A stretch of 64,000 nt of DNA from Williopsis jadinii (taxonomy: Eukaryota): NCBI GenBank assembly GCA_024346625.1, contig AP024664.1, forward strand, positions 1,426,001-1,490,000, read 5' to 3'. A model generated the notes under the pieces. That model did no database searches. It was not told the DNA's origin and saw only the letters and a list, made by a program, of their open reading frames with translations. This document shows positions 1 through 13,246 of this stretch, piece by piece; positions within the stretch are counted from its first letter, which is position 1; every line of letters begins with the position of its first letter. The position numbers and the translations under genes are program-made.

Positions 1-182
1 CTATGCTTATCCAAATCAACTTTGGCAATCTCCACCGTTGTGTATTGCGTGTAGAGCTGTTCAATCATAGGCGCAATCGCCTGGCACGGCCCACACCAAG
101 CAGCGGTGAAGTAGAGCACCAGAGCTTCACAGCGCAGAAACTCATTGAGGTCACTGTGGGTCTGGACGTAGTTAATTGGCAT
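1..182 (-). CDS. Thioredoxin-fold protein, 5' part (runs off window start)
   Basis: Manual translation from ATG at 182: MPINYVQTHSDLNEFLRCEALVLYFTAAWCGPCQAIAPMIEQLYTQYTTVEIAKVDLDK, with the canonical WCGPC active site. Not in ORF track. Confidence 0.9.
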   Translation of the reverse strand, partial: MPINYVQTHSDLNEFLRCEALVLYFTAAWCGPCQAIAPMIEQLYTQYTTVEIAKVDLDKH

Positions 183-445
183 CTCTTCGCGATGGCTGTG
201 TGCGCTTTATAGCTCTACAATTGATGATGAGATGGGTTTCGACTGTGAGTGCCATTTTCTCTCCTTTTGCGAGGCGCCATGGTATTCACACGCTGCTGCT
301 GCTGTTGTTGTTGTTCGCTTGTTGTTGTTCGCTTGTTCTCTTAACTACTGGGTGTCTGGATGTTACAGAGGGTATAGCCTATACAGAGAGCACTACAACG
401 GTGGATTGGGAGGGATTAGTGGTGTTGAGATTGGCTGTGTGTACG

Positions 446-1528
446 CTAAGGAGATGTGTCTTCTCTTTGGAGATCATTGCTGAGGTTGCGGATGTCGTCG
501 GGCGTCAACGCGTCGAGTTTTATCGACCTTTTATACTCCAATTCTGTATCGACTCTGAACTCGTCATCGGTAACGGTTATCTTTATGAAGGTGTCCTCTT
601 TTTGCAAGCTGCCCTGTGTGAACTCTGTGAACCACTGTGGCTCGTTAGTCAGCTCTGAGAGTCTGTCTAGCGGCTCATATTTCGAGTGTAGCTCGGTATA
701 CAGCTTGTTTAGACTTTCAAACTTGGTAAACCAATGCAACGTGGTGATGAGCTGGCTTAGAGCACCACAGGCAAACCCTGTTGTCTGCACGAACTCGGAC
801 TGTACAAATTGGAATGTCTGTAGCAGCGAGTTCCTCTTTGTCCTGTAGATGTCGTTGTTGTTGCACAGCTGTGCCCTCGACTCGTTGTCCAACACTATTC
901 CAACTTTATTGGCCAAATGACGTGGGATAATCAGGGGCTTTGAGAACTCCACTTTGAACCCAACGTCATTCACCGTCACGGATTCAAACGCCAACGCAAT
1001 ACGCTCGTCCGATGCTAGCGATATCTGGAACAGACTGTTGATCATGATCGAGAACTCCTGCGTGCTGTACTCCGAATTAGGGAATTCTGCTTGCAATTTC
1101 CCCATTATCGAAGTGTACTGGTGGAAAAGGTCAACCTGTGTGGAGTTTTGGTCCAACACGCTCAACTGCTCCAAGCATCTGTCGAACTGCACCAACTTCT
1201 GCTGCTTCAAAGCCATCTCCAGCACTATGGACCCATCTGCGTTGTTCACCGTGAACATGGAGTCGTTATTAGCAAGGATAAGCTTCACATTATCAACGTC
1301 TATCCTTGTTTGGCCCCTTATCGAAGACTCCAGCTCGTGGAAGTCTATGTCAATCACCAGAATCTTTCCTGCTATTGATACCCGCTTGACTCCAGGCGAT
1401 ATCTCTTCGTTGAAAGTTTCAAACTTGTAGAAGTTGGCCAGGCGCAGCAAGTTCTCCAGCGTCACACTCCCGGGCGACTGCTTCAAGATCGTCGCTATAC
1501 GTGTGAGGTCTGAGTGGTATGAGTCCAT
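446..1528 (-). CDS. MED1: Mediator complex subunit Med1
   Basis: Motif KRVSIAGKILVIDIDF resembles the fungal Med1 N-terminal domain. First ATG (MDSYHS) is at 1528; the ORF-track start at 1702 is a non-ATG codon. Confidence 0.75.
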   Translation of the reverse strand: MDSYHSDLTRIATILKQSPGSVTLENLLRLANFYKFETFNEEISPGVKRVSIAGKILVIDIDFHELESSIRGQTRIDVDNVKLILANNDSMFTVNNADGSIVLEMALKQQKLVQFDRCLEQLSVLDQNSTQVDLFHQYTSIMGKLQAEFPNSEYSTQEFSIMINSLFQISLASDERIALAFESVTVNDVGFKVEFSKPLIIPRHLANKVGIVLDNESRAQLCNNNDIYRTKRNSLLQTFQFVQSEFVQTTGFACGALSQLITTLHWFTKFESLNKLYTELHSKYEPLDRLSELTNEPQWFTEFTQGSLQKEDTFIKITVTDDEFRVDTELEYKRSIKLDALTPDDIRNLSNDLQREDTSP

Positions 1529-1758
1529 CTGTTTACTCCGTGCAATGCTTCTGTTGTTTACACTCTTTGCTTTGTACACACTTCTCGACTGTTTTTGATC
1601 TTTGTGAGTTGCCCGGGCAAGGTGGTCGAAGCGGTAGGCGACACACACGGAGAAATAGTGCGGGAAGATCAGCGGGAAAAGTGGGCATTGTTTATACGTC
1701 AACGGGTTGCTTTTACTCCATCTCGTTGGGACGTTGAGGGCAAAACAAGCAAAGGGGA

Positions 1759-2421
1759 ATGGTAGGGATTCTTAAGAACAAAAGCGAGCATAGTGGCACT
1801 GTGAGTCAGTCGACGAAGGAGTTCAGAGAAGAGGTGTTGAAGAACACGAAGCTCAACGCCCAGCTCCAGAGCGAAGAACATAAGAAGATAGTTGCGAAGC
1901 AGCAGCAGGCGGAAGCTGAGGAGCGGGCGCTACAGGTTGAGCAGGAGAGATTGCAATGGAACAAGAAGAACCTTGAAGACAACGAGGTTATACAGAAGCA
2001 GATTTTGGAGAACATGGAGACAACCATCGATGAGCCAAAGACGCCGTTCCAGCACGCCACTGAGGTGAACGAATACTACAAGGAGGATGAGGATGAGCTC
2101 GAAGACTTCTCCCTGGGGGCTCCTGAGTTCTCTGTTCCTTCAGAGGAGGAGGAATCCACAGGTGTGCCTGTGGAGCGTGTTGAGTCTCACGTATCGCTCG
2201 GAGGCGTACCTGATCCTAGCGAGCTGCACAAGGGACAGCCGCCAGATCACCACATGACGTTTGAGGAGAAGAAGAAGCTACACTACCACCACGAGGCTCC
2301 GCAATTCCACCCGGTGGAGGACGCTGATGACGATGGCGAGGATGAGGCCCCAGAGAAGAAGATGTCATTTGCAGAGAAGCGTAAGCTGCACTACAGCAAA
2401 GAGCACGTTCCAAAGGAATGA
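1759..2421 (+). CDS. GLC8: PP1 (Glc7) regulator, inhibitor-2 family
   Basis: Inhibitor-2 motifs GILK, RLQW, IDEPKTP and FxEKxKLHY. Confidence 0.9.
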   Translation: MVGILKNKSEHSGTVSQSTKEFREEVLKNTKLNAQLQSEEHKKIVAKQQQAEAEERALQVEQERLQWNKKNLEDNEVIQKQILENMETTIDEPKTPFQHATEVNEYYKEDEDELEDFSLGAPEFSVPSEEEESTGVPVERVESHVSLGGVPDPSELHKGQPPDHHMTFEEKKKLHYHHEAPQFHPVEDADDDGEDEAPEKKMSFAEKRKLHYSKEHVPKE

Positions 2422-2640
2422 TATTTCCCGTTGTATATCGTAGAGTCCCCTGTAATGGCACAGCAGGACGTTGCCAGTTTGTTGAATATATACTTTTGTC
2501 TTCTTGTGTTCTGTCTACACAAATGTACATAAACGTCATAGAACGCTTATAAATAGCTTATAATAGTTGTCTTCGTTAAGGTCGTTTCGGTCGTTTTCGG
2601 TCGTTTTCGGTGTGGTGTGTGCGTGCGATGGCCACGACAA

Positions 2641-2961
2641 TCACTTCTTCTTTGAGATGAAGAAGTAGTCGGCGAGGAACGACATCACAGTGTCATCTGT
2701 ATGGTATTGCAGATCGTTATTGCTCTGTTTACGAGGGAACTCGTTGAAGAAATGGTTGTTCTTTGCCTGTCTGTGCTCCGTGGAGTTCATCTCCATTATC
2801 CGCTCCTTTGACAGCCACGATGACAACTTCTCCTTTGGGAACTCGAGGAAAAACTCTGAGCTCTCCGCGGCGGTGTTGATGGGGCCCTTGGTGGAGCCCT
2901 CGGTGGGGTTTCCCTGCTGAGCTCCCAGTTGGGCGTCTGGCTGGTAGTCGAGGAAAGTCAT
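2641..2961 (-). CDS. Small hypothetical protein (106 aa)
   Basis: ATG start and a TATATA element ~105 bp upstream (3066-3071). No confident family assignment. Confidence 0.6.
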   Translation of the reverse strand: MTFLDYQPDAQLGAQQGNPTEGSTKGPINTAAESSEFFLEFPKEKLSSWLSKERIMEMNSTEHRQAKNNHFFNEFPRKQSNNDLQYHTDDTVMSFLADYFFISKKK

Positions 2962-3437
2962 GGTTCAAAATGTGTGTTTGAGAAGAACGAAACGATAACA
3001 AAGCGGAACGATAAGGAGGAACCCCAGGGAAAGGATCAAGACGAACAACAAGAGGATGCCACAGGGTATATATTCTTCATGCTGAAAGCACACCCAGGTT
3101 CGTATACACCACAGTCTTCCGAAGTGGGACCTGTGTGTGTGACCCGGAATTTGAAGACTGGCAACGCCGAAATCGGACTTCGAAATTTCACGCACCCATT
3201 GCTACACATTCGGTACGCGCCACATAAATCTCTCATCCTCCAAATCGCCGGGCGTTTTAGGTGCAGCAGAGCCGTTATGTACGCAAGCGTTTAAAACTCC
3301 GCTTCAAAGGCCTTTATATACCCGCTCCTCAGCAACAGAGGTGCAAGCCACGCACACAACAAGAGGAATGGGATCGCTACGGTGGAAGCGCAGAGACATC
3401 GCTGTATTTCAATCTCTCTATACACCTGAGCACGAGC

Positions 3438-4340
3438 TTATAGCCGCCTCAAGCCATTGCGTACATAGTCGCACGGGTTGTAGTCGTCATCGACGCCCAT
3501 CGAACGCTGTGAGCGGCTCTCGAGTAGAAAGTTAACAAGATTGACATAGTCACCTTCATCCTCGTCCTCGCCGCTTCCAACATCATCAACATCGTCACCA
3601 TCGTCATCACTGGCTGCATACACATCGCCAGCCTCGATACAGCCAAAGCGCTCATCACCGCCGTACTCTTTATCCTCGGCGCCCCACTCGTCAGTCTCGT
3701 CGATACTTTCAATCTCATGCACAACATCGCCAACTTCTGACGGTGAGCCATGGCTATACCCACCCGTGGATTGCTCAACAAGCTGTGTGTCACTTCCCTC
3801 CGTAACAACATCCAGGTCAATCAGTCCGCCAAGTGTGTAAGGGAATTTGGAGCAGCTGGTTGGTGTTCTTGGTGTCTCCGAGCCACTGTTACAACCAGCA
3901 CTGCCAGTCCCTGGTGTGCCTGCACGCTCAAAGATAGAGCCTGAAGCGCTCGAGAAGCGAGACTCTGACGTTGAAATGCTAATTGCTGACGAACGACGAT
4001 GTAAGCTTCTTCTTTGGGGTAATGCTGACTCGCCATTCAATACAATATTATTCGGTGATGTTTTAGAAGCTGGTAAAACGTTCCGAAGCGATGGAGATGA
4101 TGGACAGCTGGTGCACTGGAACCAGCCCTTTGGGAAGGTATAGGATGACAAATGGTAATACAGCTCTTGCTCTTCTGTAATGCTTGTTTTGGTCTTTGTC
4201 CGTGGTGTTGCTGCTGTATATCCACTCAAACTGTACCTGTGACAGCTCTCGAGCTTGTACATCGGGTATGTATCCTCGTCAACGTTCACCGTCTTGCTTG
4301 CATCGATATTCGTATATTCGTCATCGTGGATAGTCATCAT
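3438..4340 (-). CDS. Hypothetical Ser-rich/acidic protein (~300 aa)
   Basis: Long ORF, probable ATG at 4340 (MMTIHDDEY), minus-strand TATATAAA at about 4474-4481, RRSS and SGSIFER motifs, acidic C-terminus. Confidence 0.6.
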   Translation of the reverse strand: MMTIHDDEYTNIDASKTVNVDEDTYPMYKLESCHRYSLSGYTAATPRTKTKTSITEEQELYYHLSSYTFPKGWFQCTSCPSSPSLRNVLPASKTSPNNIVLNGESALPQRRSLHRRSSAISISTSESRFSSASGSIFERAGTPGTGSAGCNSGSETPRTPTSCSKFPYTLGGLIDLDVVTEGSDTQLVEQSTGGYSHGSPSEVGDVVHEIESIDETDEWGAEDKEYGGDERFGCIEAGDVYAASDDDGDDVDDVGSGEDEDEGDYVNLVNFLLESRSQRSMGVDDDYNPCDYVRNGLRRL

Positions 4341-6432
4341 GTTATTCCAATCAGCTGAAGTGATAATCTGTGTACGTCTTTTAGACTTGAGGCCAATGAG
4401 GGGATATTGAGAAGTAGTGGAAACTAACAGTATGTATGTTAGAGGATTGGCGTAAGGGTCTATGCTCAACCTTTTTATATATCCCCAGGCCAGCTTCAAC
4501 TTGTCATCTGAAGCATAGATATGTATGCATATCTCACACACGTTCCAGTGAGGGTGCATCATGCACATATACAATGCTGCTATAGCTCTCAAACCACTCA
4601 ACCGTGTGTCTCTAGTTAGCAACGTTGGTCTGTCTTAAAGTTTAACCACTCCACTCCAATTCCTCTGATATACAGCCATCATCACATTGAATGAAACATA
4701 TCAACGATCAGAATAGAAACTTTACACGAAGCATAACCCTAAATTTCCTAGGAGTTGCCACCAAATGTCCTGAGCTCCAGCACAACGTAGAGTATTGAGT
4801 TGTAGGGCACAACTGCAATTAACAGACTCCATATAATACTGAGCCCAGGATGCACCAAGCCGAAGCATAGAGTTTCATCACAAGTATGATTGGGCATCGG
4901 ACGCTGAAATTTGTCTAGATCACGTTTATACAGTGCACATAATATGGAACTGTAAGCTTATGTGTGCAGTGTGGTTGATTAACGTTCATATTGTTATTAA
5001 TAACGTGAGAGAGACGCTTGGTACAACAACTGAACACAGCTGAGCCTCAACTTTCGTAGCTAACTCTGAAGCTTAATACGTCACTCGAGCATACATGCGC
5101 ACTCTGGTGTGGTTTTGGCTGTAGATTTAGAGTTGGTTTCGACTTCAACATGCCGTAAGTTTATAGTGTCCTTTGCTACAAGTCAACTGAGCCAATCAGC
5201 GTTGCCATGGCTGGCCTTGCTGCCCACGTCAAATCCAAATCCAACTCATCAAACAATTAAAGTGGGGCAAAGACCTGTTGAGAAACTTAATAGACACCTG
5301 GGTTACAAAGCCTCCAGCTGGACTTGGCTGGATGACAGATTCTCAAACGTGTGTGATGTGAGCTGCCTTTCCTCTGGTGAGCTTGTTTCAAGCGAGCCTG
5401 CGCCGTCTTCCAAGGTTGAACACTGATATGCCAACATCGCGATAAGAGGACATCAAGTCTTGTTGTTGAATGAAGATAAGGCCCTCCATCGAAAGTCTGC
5501 TGAGAGTTACACACCTTGTGGCCATGCTCAAATCACACCACAGTGTGGTATAAGGGTGTGTATGCCCTCTGCTAAGCACAAGTGCTGACATAGATCGTTG
5601 GTGCAACAGATGCACTGAATATGCCGTGTATGTACACCATAACAATGTTAATGCATGAATATTACCCTGTCCAGACCAAACTCTGACGTGGTGATGAGCG
5701 TGTTTTCAAAGGAGTCTGATGAAGAAAGCCCCTCTCTGTGCTTCATCATGGGTTATTGTGCATCAGTAAGCAGTGACTAATGAACAATTGGTGTCGAAGA
5801 GTGCAGGACAGGTGCTCGAAACCTGGAAACGATCACCCTTCTAAGCCAGAATGTGCCTTGCTTATCAGTGACACCACAAGTCGTTATCATTTGATCTTTT
5901 GCTATAAAGAATATGCAAGCTTTACACGGTGCTAGGGAGATATGTGATGGATTTACCTTCTTCAGTTATACACTATGATCTGCTCTGAGGAGAAAGCATA
6001 TGGCCTAAGATACCAGTTCCCTCCCTTCTTCTAATGCTGAAGTAATGGTTTGGCACGGCACTAAGGGAAAAGCAGCAATCTTGGTACGTTTCCTCCGTCC
6101 AAACTGGTTCGCTTTAGCGATGAACTGTACACCTCTGCTGTGCTTCCTGCTGTGTCTCCATGCGATGTCGTTTTAAGCTTTGGTGAACTCAACGCATCAT
6201 AAGTTTGTTTGAAGGTATAATATACACATCTCGGCATGCCTCATACAGGTTCTTGAAACTAATACTTGCAACTTTATTCAGTAGATTCTAGGAGTCCGGT
6301 AAACTTTTCCATGCCCAGGAGATGGCAGTTCTGAAGGCATAAGTAGTACCAAGCAAATTAACTTTGATGGTTAAGCAAGGACACAGCTGGTAGTGTTGAT
6401 CAGAGGCTCAATCTTGTTTCGTAATCACGTTT

Positions 6433-6487
6433 CTGGATTTATCCAGGATTTATCCAGGATTTATTCAGGATTTATTCAGGATTTACT
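6433..6487. repeat. 11-bp tandem repeat x5 (CAGGATTTATY)
   Basis: ctggatttatc caggatttatc caggatttatt caggatttatt caggatttact. Confidence 0.9.
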
Positions 6488-8336
6488 TGAGATCAAGACA
6501 TTATGGGTGTCGTTCCTGAGAACTGCTTCAACATCTCACTTCAAGAAGTGCCTACTTGAACCTTTAAAATTTTGACAATGAGCAAATCACAACGCCAGAT
6601 TTCACTGTCATGCCTCCATGTTTCAGTCTCCACACCTTGAGCAACTTGGCTAAACCTCGCTATACTCTATGACTACGGCGAAAACTCACACGGCCCACGT
6701 CCGTGAACGCATGCGTTGATATCTTCTAATCTAAAACTCTCGAAAACCTGCCTGAGTGTACTGAAGCGTGCAATTAATAAATCAGAAGTGTGGAAATATC
6801 ATCAAGGTTCACCCGTTTCTCATGCACCGAAGCTTCGAAAGAACACCTCTTTCGGTATAGAAACACGAACTCCAGTGCATGGAAGCATTTTTTAGCTCTC
6901 CAGCCTTCCTTAAGTAGCTATGCATGGGATAATAATTCCTTTTAAACTGTGCTTTTAGATGTTTTAAAGGGCACTGGTGTGTTCGTAAACTTGAGCACCT
7001 CAAGTAATGGAACGAATCGTACTGAATCAAACTGAAACAAGTAACAAGCATGGAGCATGTCGTAGGTACATTGACGTTCTATGTATAACTCTACGTGGAC
7101 TCAGTTGGGATCTGCTGCGGAAAGTTCAACTATAGTGCCCTTTAATGTCAGCAAAAGCTGAAATCGAGCCTATGAGAGTGGCACTCTTGATCAAATACAA
7201 GGCCCTGGAGCCTAGATCTGTTTGAATTCCAGCCAACAAGTGCTTATGGTCTCTCAAGTCTGGAATTAATATCGATATCACCAAACATCACCGTCATATT
7301 TTACAATACGCGTTAGATGCAATGGCCAGAATGTCACTAAGGGTACAGGGCATGATGTAGCTTCCATTATTATAATTATCTATGCGCTTTGCAGTCCATT
7401 AGTTACTGGTTTATCTACTTTTTGAGATGTCATCACATCTGCCAACGCCAATGGCTGTTATAGAACATCAATACATGAAACATGATCTACAGGGAAAATG
7501 GCTGTTCTCATAGACGAGTACAGTAGCTATCAAGGAGAGTGTAATCTATGTGAACTGATATGTACTAAAGAAGATATCCTATGTATTGCTCTTGGCCATG
7601 AGATGTTTGACATCACCTTCCGTATCTCTCTCTCTCGCACAAGCACGATTATTACGGAATATCCACACCCATACTCCATACACAATGTATAGTACATGCT
7701 CCTAGGCGAATATTGAAAACATTACTGTCTGATTAATATGTATCGAATTATTTAAAGAAAGGACACAACACGTCGTATCTGTGCTCTCCTCTCCTTGACC
7801 TCCTCATCCATGTTTGAAACAATAACTTCAACAACTGTATAAAAACCTCAACCAAGATCAAGCTCTCAAAAAGACCTATTCATCGATAAATTCAGAAGAG
7901 AAAAGAGCCAATCAACTCTTCAACATTCCCGAAGTATGATGAATATCGAAAAATAATACTAGGAGACCTGGAGTCTACCAACAAAATAATACTCTTTCTG
8001 GTTCATCACCCAAGTTCACGTTCTGCACTGTCTAAACCAAGTTTATAAATAGTGTGTATAGTACGAACCAAACCCATGCCAGCACTCCAATCGAACATCA
8101 GTAGACATGGAGGCATGACGTCAGACAGAACTGTGATAACCACAAGAGAAATATCAAACGAACTTTTGAAAACCAAACCGAACCCAAAATGCAAACATGA
8201 TGATGAGAAAACAAAACAAGATAAAACAATTCAACAAACAACTTTAAAAGTCATGAGAGTGTAAAGAAGTAATAAAGATATAAAAGCGAAAATTCAACAG
8301 AAACCAAATACATTGACGGTAGCCTAGTGGCAAAAA

Positions 8337-10205
<1,869 letters not shown>

Positions 10206-10366
10206 CTATTGCAATGATGTCTTTCCTTTATTATAAAAACAAAAAAAGAAGTCTTTTGTACTTTCTATATATACAAATCTTGTTGAGACTTGTTACCTTT
10301 TGACGGTGATTTTTTTTTCTTTTGCTTTTGGCGATGGGCGATGTGGCGCAAATTGGCACAGATGGA

Positions 10367-10385
10367 AAAAATTTTCATCTCAGCG
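10367..10385 (-). promoter_or_regulatory. RRPE plus PAC-like element upstream of DED1
   Basis: AAAAATTTTCA (RRPE) overlapping CATCTCAGCG (PAC-like), ~170 bp upstream of the DED1 ATG. Confidence 0.55.
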
Positions 10386-10534
10386 ACAAAATTATCAGAA
10401 TTCGGATACCCTGTGCAGATTTGGCGAAACCCCTCGTAAAAGTTCGCGAATGTCCCGTAAATGCCAAATCGGGAAGTTTTTCACCCTCGGCACTGCGTCC
10501 AAGGCGCTGTTCGCTTGCATGGATGTCTTCTTTG

Positions 10535-10585
10535 TTCATTTGATTCATTTTATTCATTTGATTCATTTGATTCATTTGATTCATT
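10535..10585. repeat. 9-bp tandem repeat x~5.7 (TTCATTTGA)
   Basis: Direct reading of the sequence; unit junctions generate repeated TGATTCA. Confidence 0.85.
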
Positions 10586-10708
10586 CTATGGAGGCATTGT
10601 TTCACATTGGAAGGGTGTTCGTCAGGTGGTTTAGTCCTGGTGCGTGCTGGTGAGGGAGGATGTTTGGGGCTTCAGCACGCTGGGCGTTCCAAGCAGCTTG
10701 CTCGCCAG

Positions 10709-10904
10709 GCTCAGTTGTGAAGTACGAGCTCAGTTGTGAAGTATGAGCTCAACTGTGAAGTACGAACTCAGTTCTGGAGTATAAGCTCAACTGTGAAGTA
10801 TGAGCTCAGTTGTGGAGTATAAGCTCAACTGTGAAGTACGAGCTCAACTGTGAAGTACGAGCTCAATTGTGAAGTACGAGCTCAACTGTGAAGTATGAGC
10901 TCAA
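10709..10904. repeat. 19-bp minisatellite x10.3 (GCTCARYTGTGAAGTAYGA)
   Basis: Ten contiguous units starting at 10709, 10728 ... 10880, plus a partial unit; no spacers. Confidence 0.95.
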
Positions 10905-11066
10905 GCTGTATGCCTGTCTGATGGATTCCTCTCATTGAGGTGTTACCACTTTGTACTATTTATATAACGTAGGACGCTAGCCATGAACCCATCCTCTGAG
11001 CTCGGTGCCCAGTATCTAACATACACAGCACCTCGATTGATTGTGTATTCTGCTCATTGAAAGAAT

Positions 11067-12821
11067 ATGCCAGACACTAAGCTCGAACTTTCTAAAACGG
11101 CCTCGGATATTTCCCCTTTAGACAGCATTGGCTCCAACGGTGAAGCCAACGGCGAGCTCCAAGTCCTCCAAGCCTCCTGGAGAGGAGACAGATGGAGAAC
11201 GTTCAAGGAATCCTTCAAAAGAGAAGCTCCACGGGAATATGACTTGGAAAACAACGATGTGGAGTCGAAATCAGAAGGAAACGCAATCTCCAACAGACAC
11301 GTTGTTATGCTTGCACTAGCTGGCGGATTGGGCACTGGCTTGCTCGTCGGAGTTGGTGGTGGCTTGGCCAGGAGTGGTCCTGCTGGCTTGCTTATGGCAT
11401 TCACGATAGTTGGTGCTATGGTTTATCTCACAATGGGTGCTGCTGGAGAATTGGCAGTTGCCTATTCAGCTGTGCCTGGTGGATTCAACTCATACGCAAG
11501 ACGGCTTGTTGACCCTTCGCTATCGTTTGCCGTTGCCTGGAACTATTGTATCAATTGGTTTACTGTCTTGCCCTTGGAGCTAGTGACGGCTTCAATGACC
11601 ATCAAGTTCTGGGACCCTCATACAAATGCAGACTTGTACGTCTCTATCTTACTTGTGATGGTTTGCATCATCAACTTCATAGGTGCTCGAGGCTACGCAG
11701 AAGCTGAATTTTGGGCAAATTCAATCAAGGTGACCATGCTCGTCGGCTTCATCGTTCTTGGTATACTCATGGATGTTGGGATTTGCGGTACTCAAGGCAA
11801 AGTTCTCTTCAAATACTTTTCGAATCCAGGTCCCTTTGCCAATGGATTCAAAGGTGTCTGTGCTGTCCTTGTGACGTGTGCCTTCTCCCTTGGAGGAACA
11901 GAGTTCATGGCATTGTCAGCTGCTGACCAGAAGAAGCCACGGAGGGCTATCCCATCTGCCGTGAAACAAGTTGGATACAGACTAATCTTTGTTTACTTGC
12001 TCTCGATATTGCTCATTGGAATGCTAGTTCCCTATGATTCACCTTTTTTGATGGGGTCTGGTGGGAATAGAGGAGCACCAGTCTCTCCTTTTGTCATTGC
12101 TGTGAACTCTGGATCATTCAAGGCTCTGCCACATATCATCAATGCCGTGATTCTAGTTGCCCTTTTCTCGGTCGCCAACGCAGCATTGTACTGTTCTTCG
12201 AGGACTTTTTACTCTTTAGCACAACAGGGATATGCTCCAAAATGGTTTGACTTTGTCGATAGGAAGAAAAGACCCACGAGGGCAATGCTTCTATCAAGCA
12301 CACTAGGGCTATTCAGTTTGATTGCAGCGTATCCTGACCAAGAGTCTATATTTGTCTGGTTGTTGTCCTTGTCCGGTTTGGCTTCACTCTTCACTTGGGG
12401 TACAATCAACATCTCCTTCTTGAGGATGAGATCAGCCATGAACGTACAAGGATTCAGTACGAGCGAGCTTGGTTATGTATCGTACTTTGGTACTCCGGGA
12501 TCATGGTCCGCCATTGTCATCATAGTGGGCACCCTTGTGTCCCATTTCTGGGTCTCGTTATTCCCCTTTGAAACCAATGGTGTGTTTGACCCCGTCAACT
12601 TCTTCCAGAACTACTCGGGCTTTCCAGTTCTATTGGTGTTTTATATTTCACATAAGGTGTATACCAGAAACTGGAGAATTTGTATACCTGCTGACGAGAT
12701 CGATTTGGTCACTGATCGAAAGATATTTGATGCAGATGTCCTATACCAAGAGCACATTGAAGAGGAGAGGAGGTTGAAAGAAGGGCCTCTGTTCAAGCGC
12801 ATTGTGGCATTCTGGTGTTAG
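11067..12821 (+). CDS. Amino-acid permease, YAT family (Bap2/Gnp1/Agp1/Tat-like)
   Basis: RHVVMLALAGGLGTGLLVG, FSLGGTE, multiple TM segments and the family-typical C-terminal FWC. Confidence 0.93.
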   Translation: MPDTKLELSKTASDISPLDSIGSNGEANGELQVLQASWRGDRWRTFKESFKREAPREYDLENNDVESKSEGNAISNRHVVMLALAGGLGTGLLVGVGGGLARSGPAGLLMAFTIVGAMVYLTMGAAGELAVAYSAVPGGFNSYARRLVDPSLSFAVAWNYCINWFTVLPLELVTASMTIKFWDPHTNADLYVSILLVMVCIINFIGARGYAEAEFWANSIKVTMLVGFIVLGILMDVGICGTQGKVLFKYFSNPGPFANGFKGVCAVLVTCAFSLGGTEFMALSAADQKKPRRAIPSAVKQVGYRLIFVYLLSILLIGMLVPYDSPFLMGSGGNRGAPVSPFVIAVNSGSFKALPHIINAVILVALFSVANAALYCSSRTFYSLAQQGYAPKWFDFVDRKKRPTRAMLLSSTLGLFSLIAAYPDQESIFVWLLSLSGLASLFTWGTINISFLRMRSAMNVQGFSTSELGYVSYFGTPGSWSAIVIIVGTLVSHFWVSLFPFETNGVFDPVNFFQNYSGFPVLLVFYISHKVYTRNWRICIPADEIDLVTDRKIFDADVLYQEHIEEERRLKEGPLFKRIVAFWC

Positions 12822-13246
12822 GCACCTTTAACTCGATGATCACTCTGAATGCCATGTCGTTCTCTCAGTGTTAACTTCATAGATAGCTGACCTCCACCGT
12901 CCATTGTCCCTCCATAAGTATCTCTGAGGTGAGACCTCAGAGCTAACTATGACTAACACATGAAACTGTGTAATAGTAACCAGCTGTAGTTCCATTGTAC
13001 AAGTAAGAACAGGCACATTGACATGGTATTGAAATGGCCTAATACATCACCCTTCACGTAAGAATTCCAAACTTGCTGCTCAGGAGTGTGAGCCTTCCTT
13101 TTTGTTCAATCACAGGCCAAATATTCATTCAAGCTTTGATATTTCAAACAAACCAATATTGGCTCTCATGATATATGGTGTGGTGTGTATACATTAGTTC
13201 CTCTTAATACTATACATGTCTCCACTCACAGAATGCAATATCATCC

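Noticed and set aside
5691..5723. Box C/D snoRNA (GTGATGA..CTGA; also ATGATGA at 7936)
   Set aside because: No correctly spaced terminal D box, terminal stem or convincing rRNA guide.
10709..10904. CRISPR-like array
   Set aside because: Units are contiguous with no unique spacers, there are no cas genes and the context is eukaryotic; it is a minisatellite.
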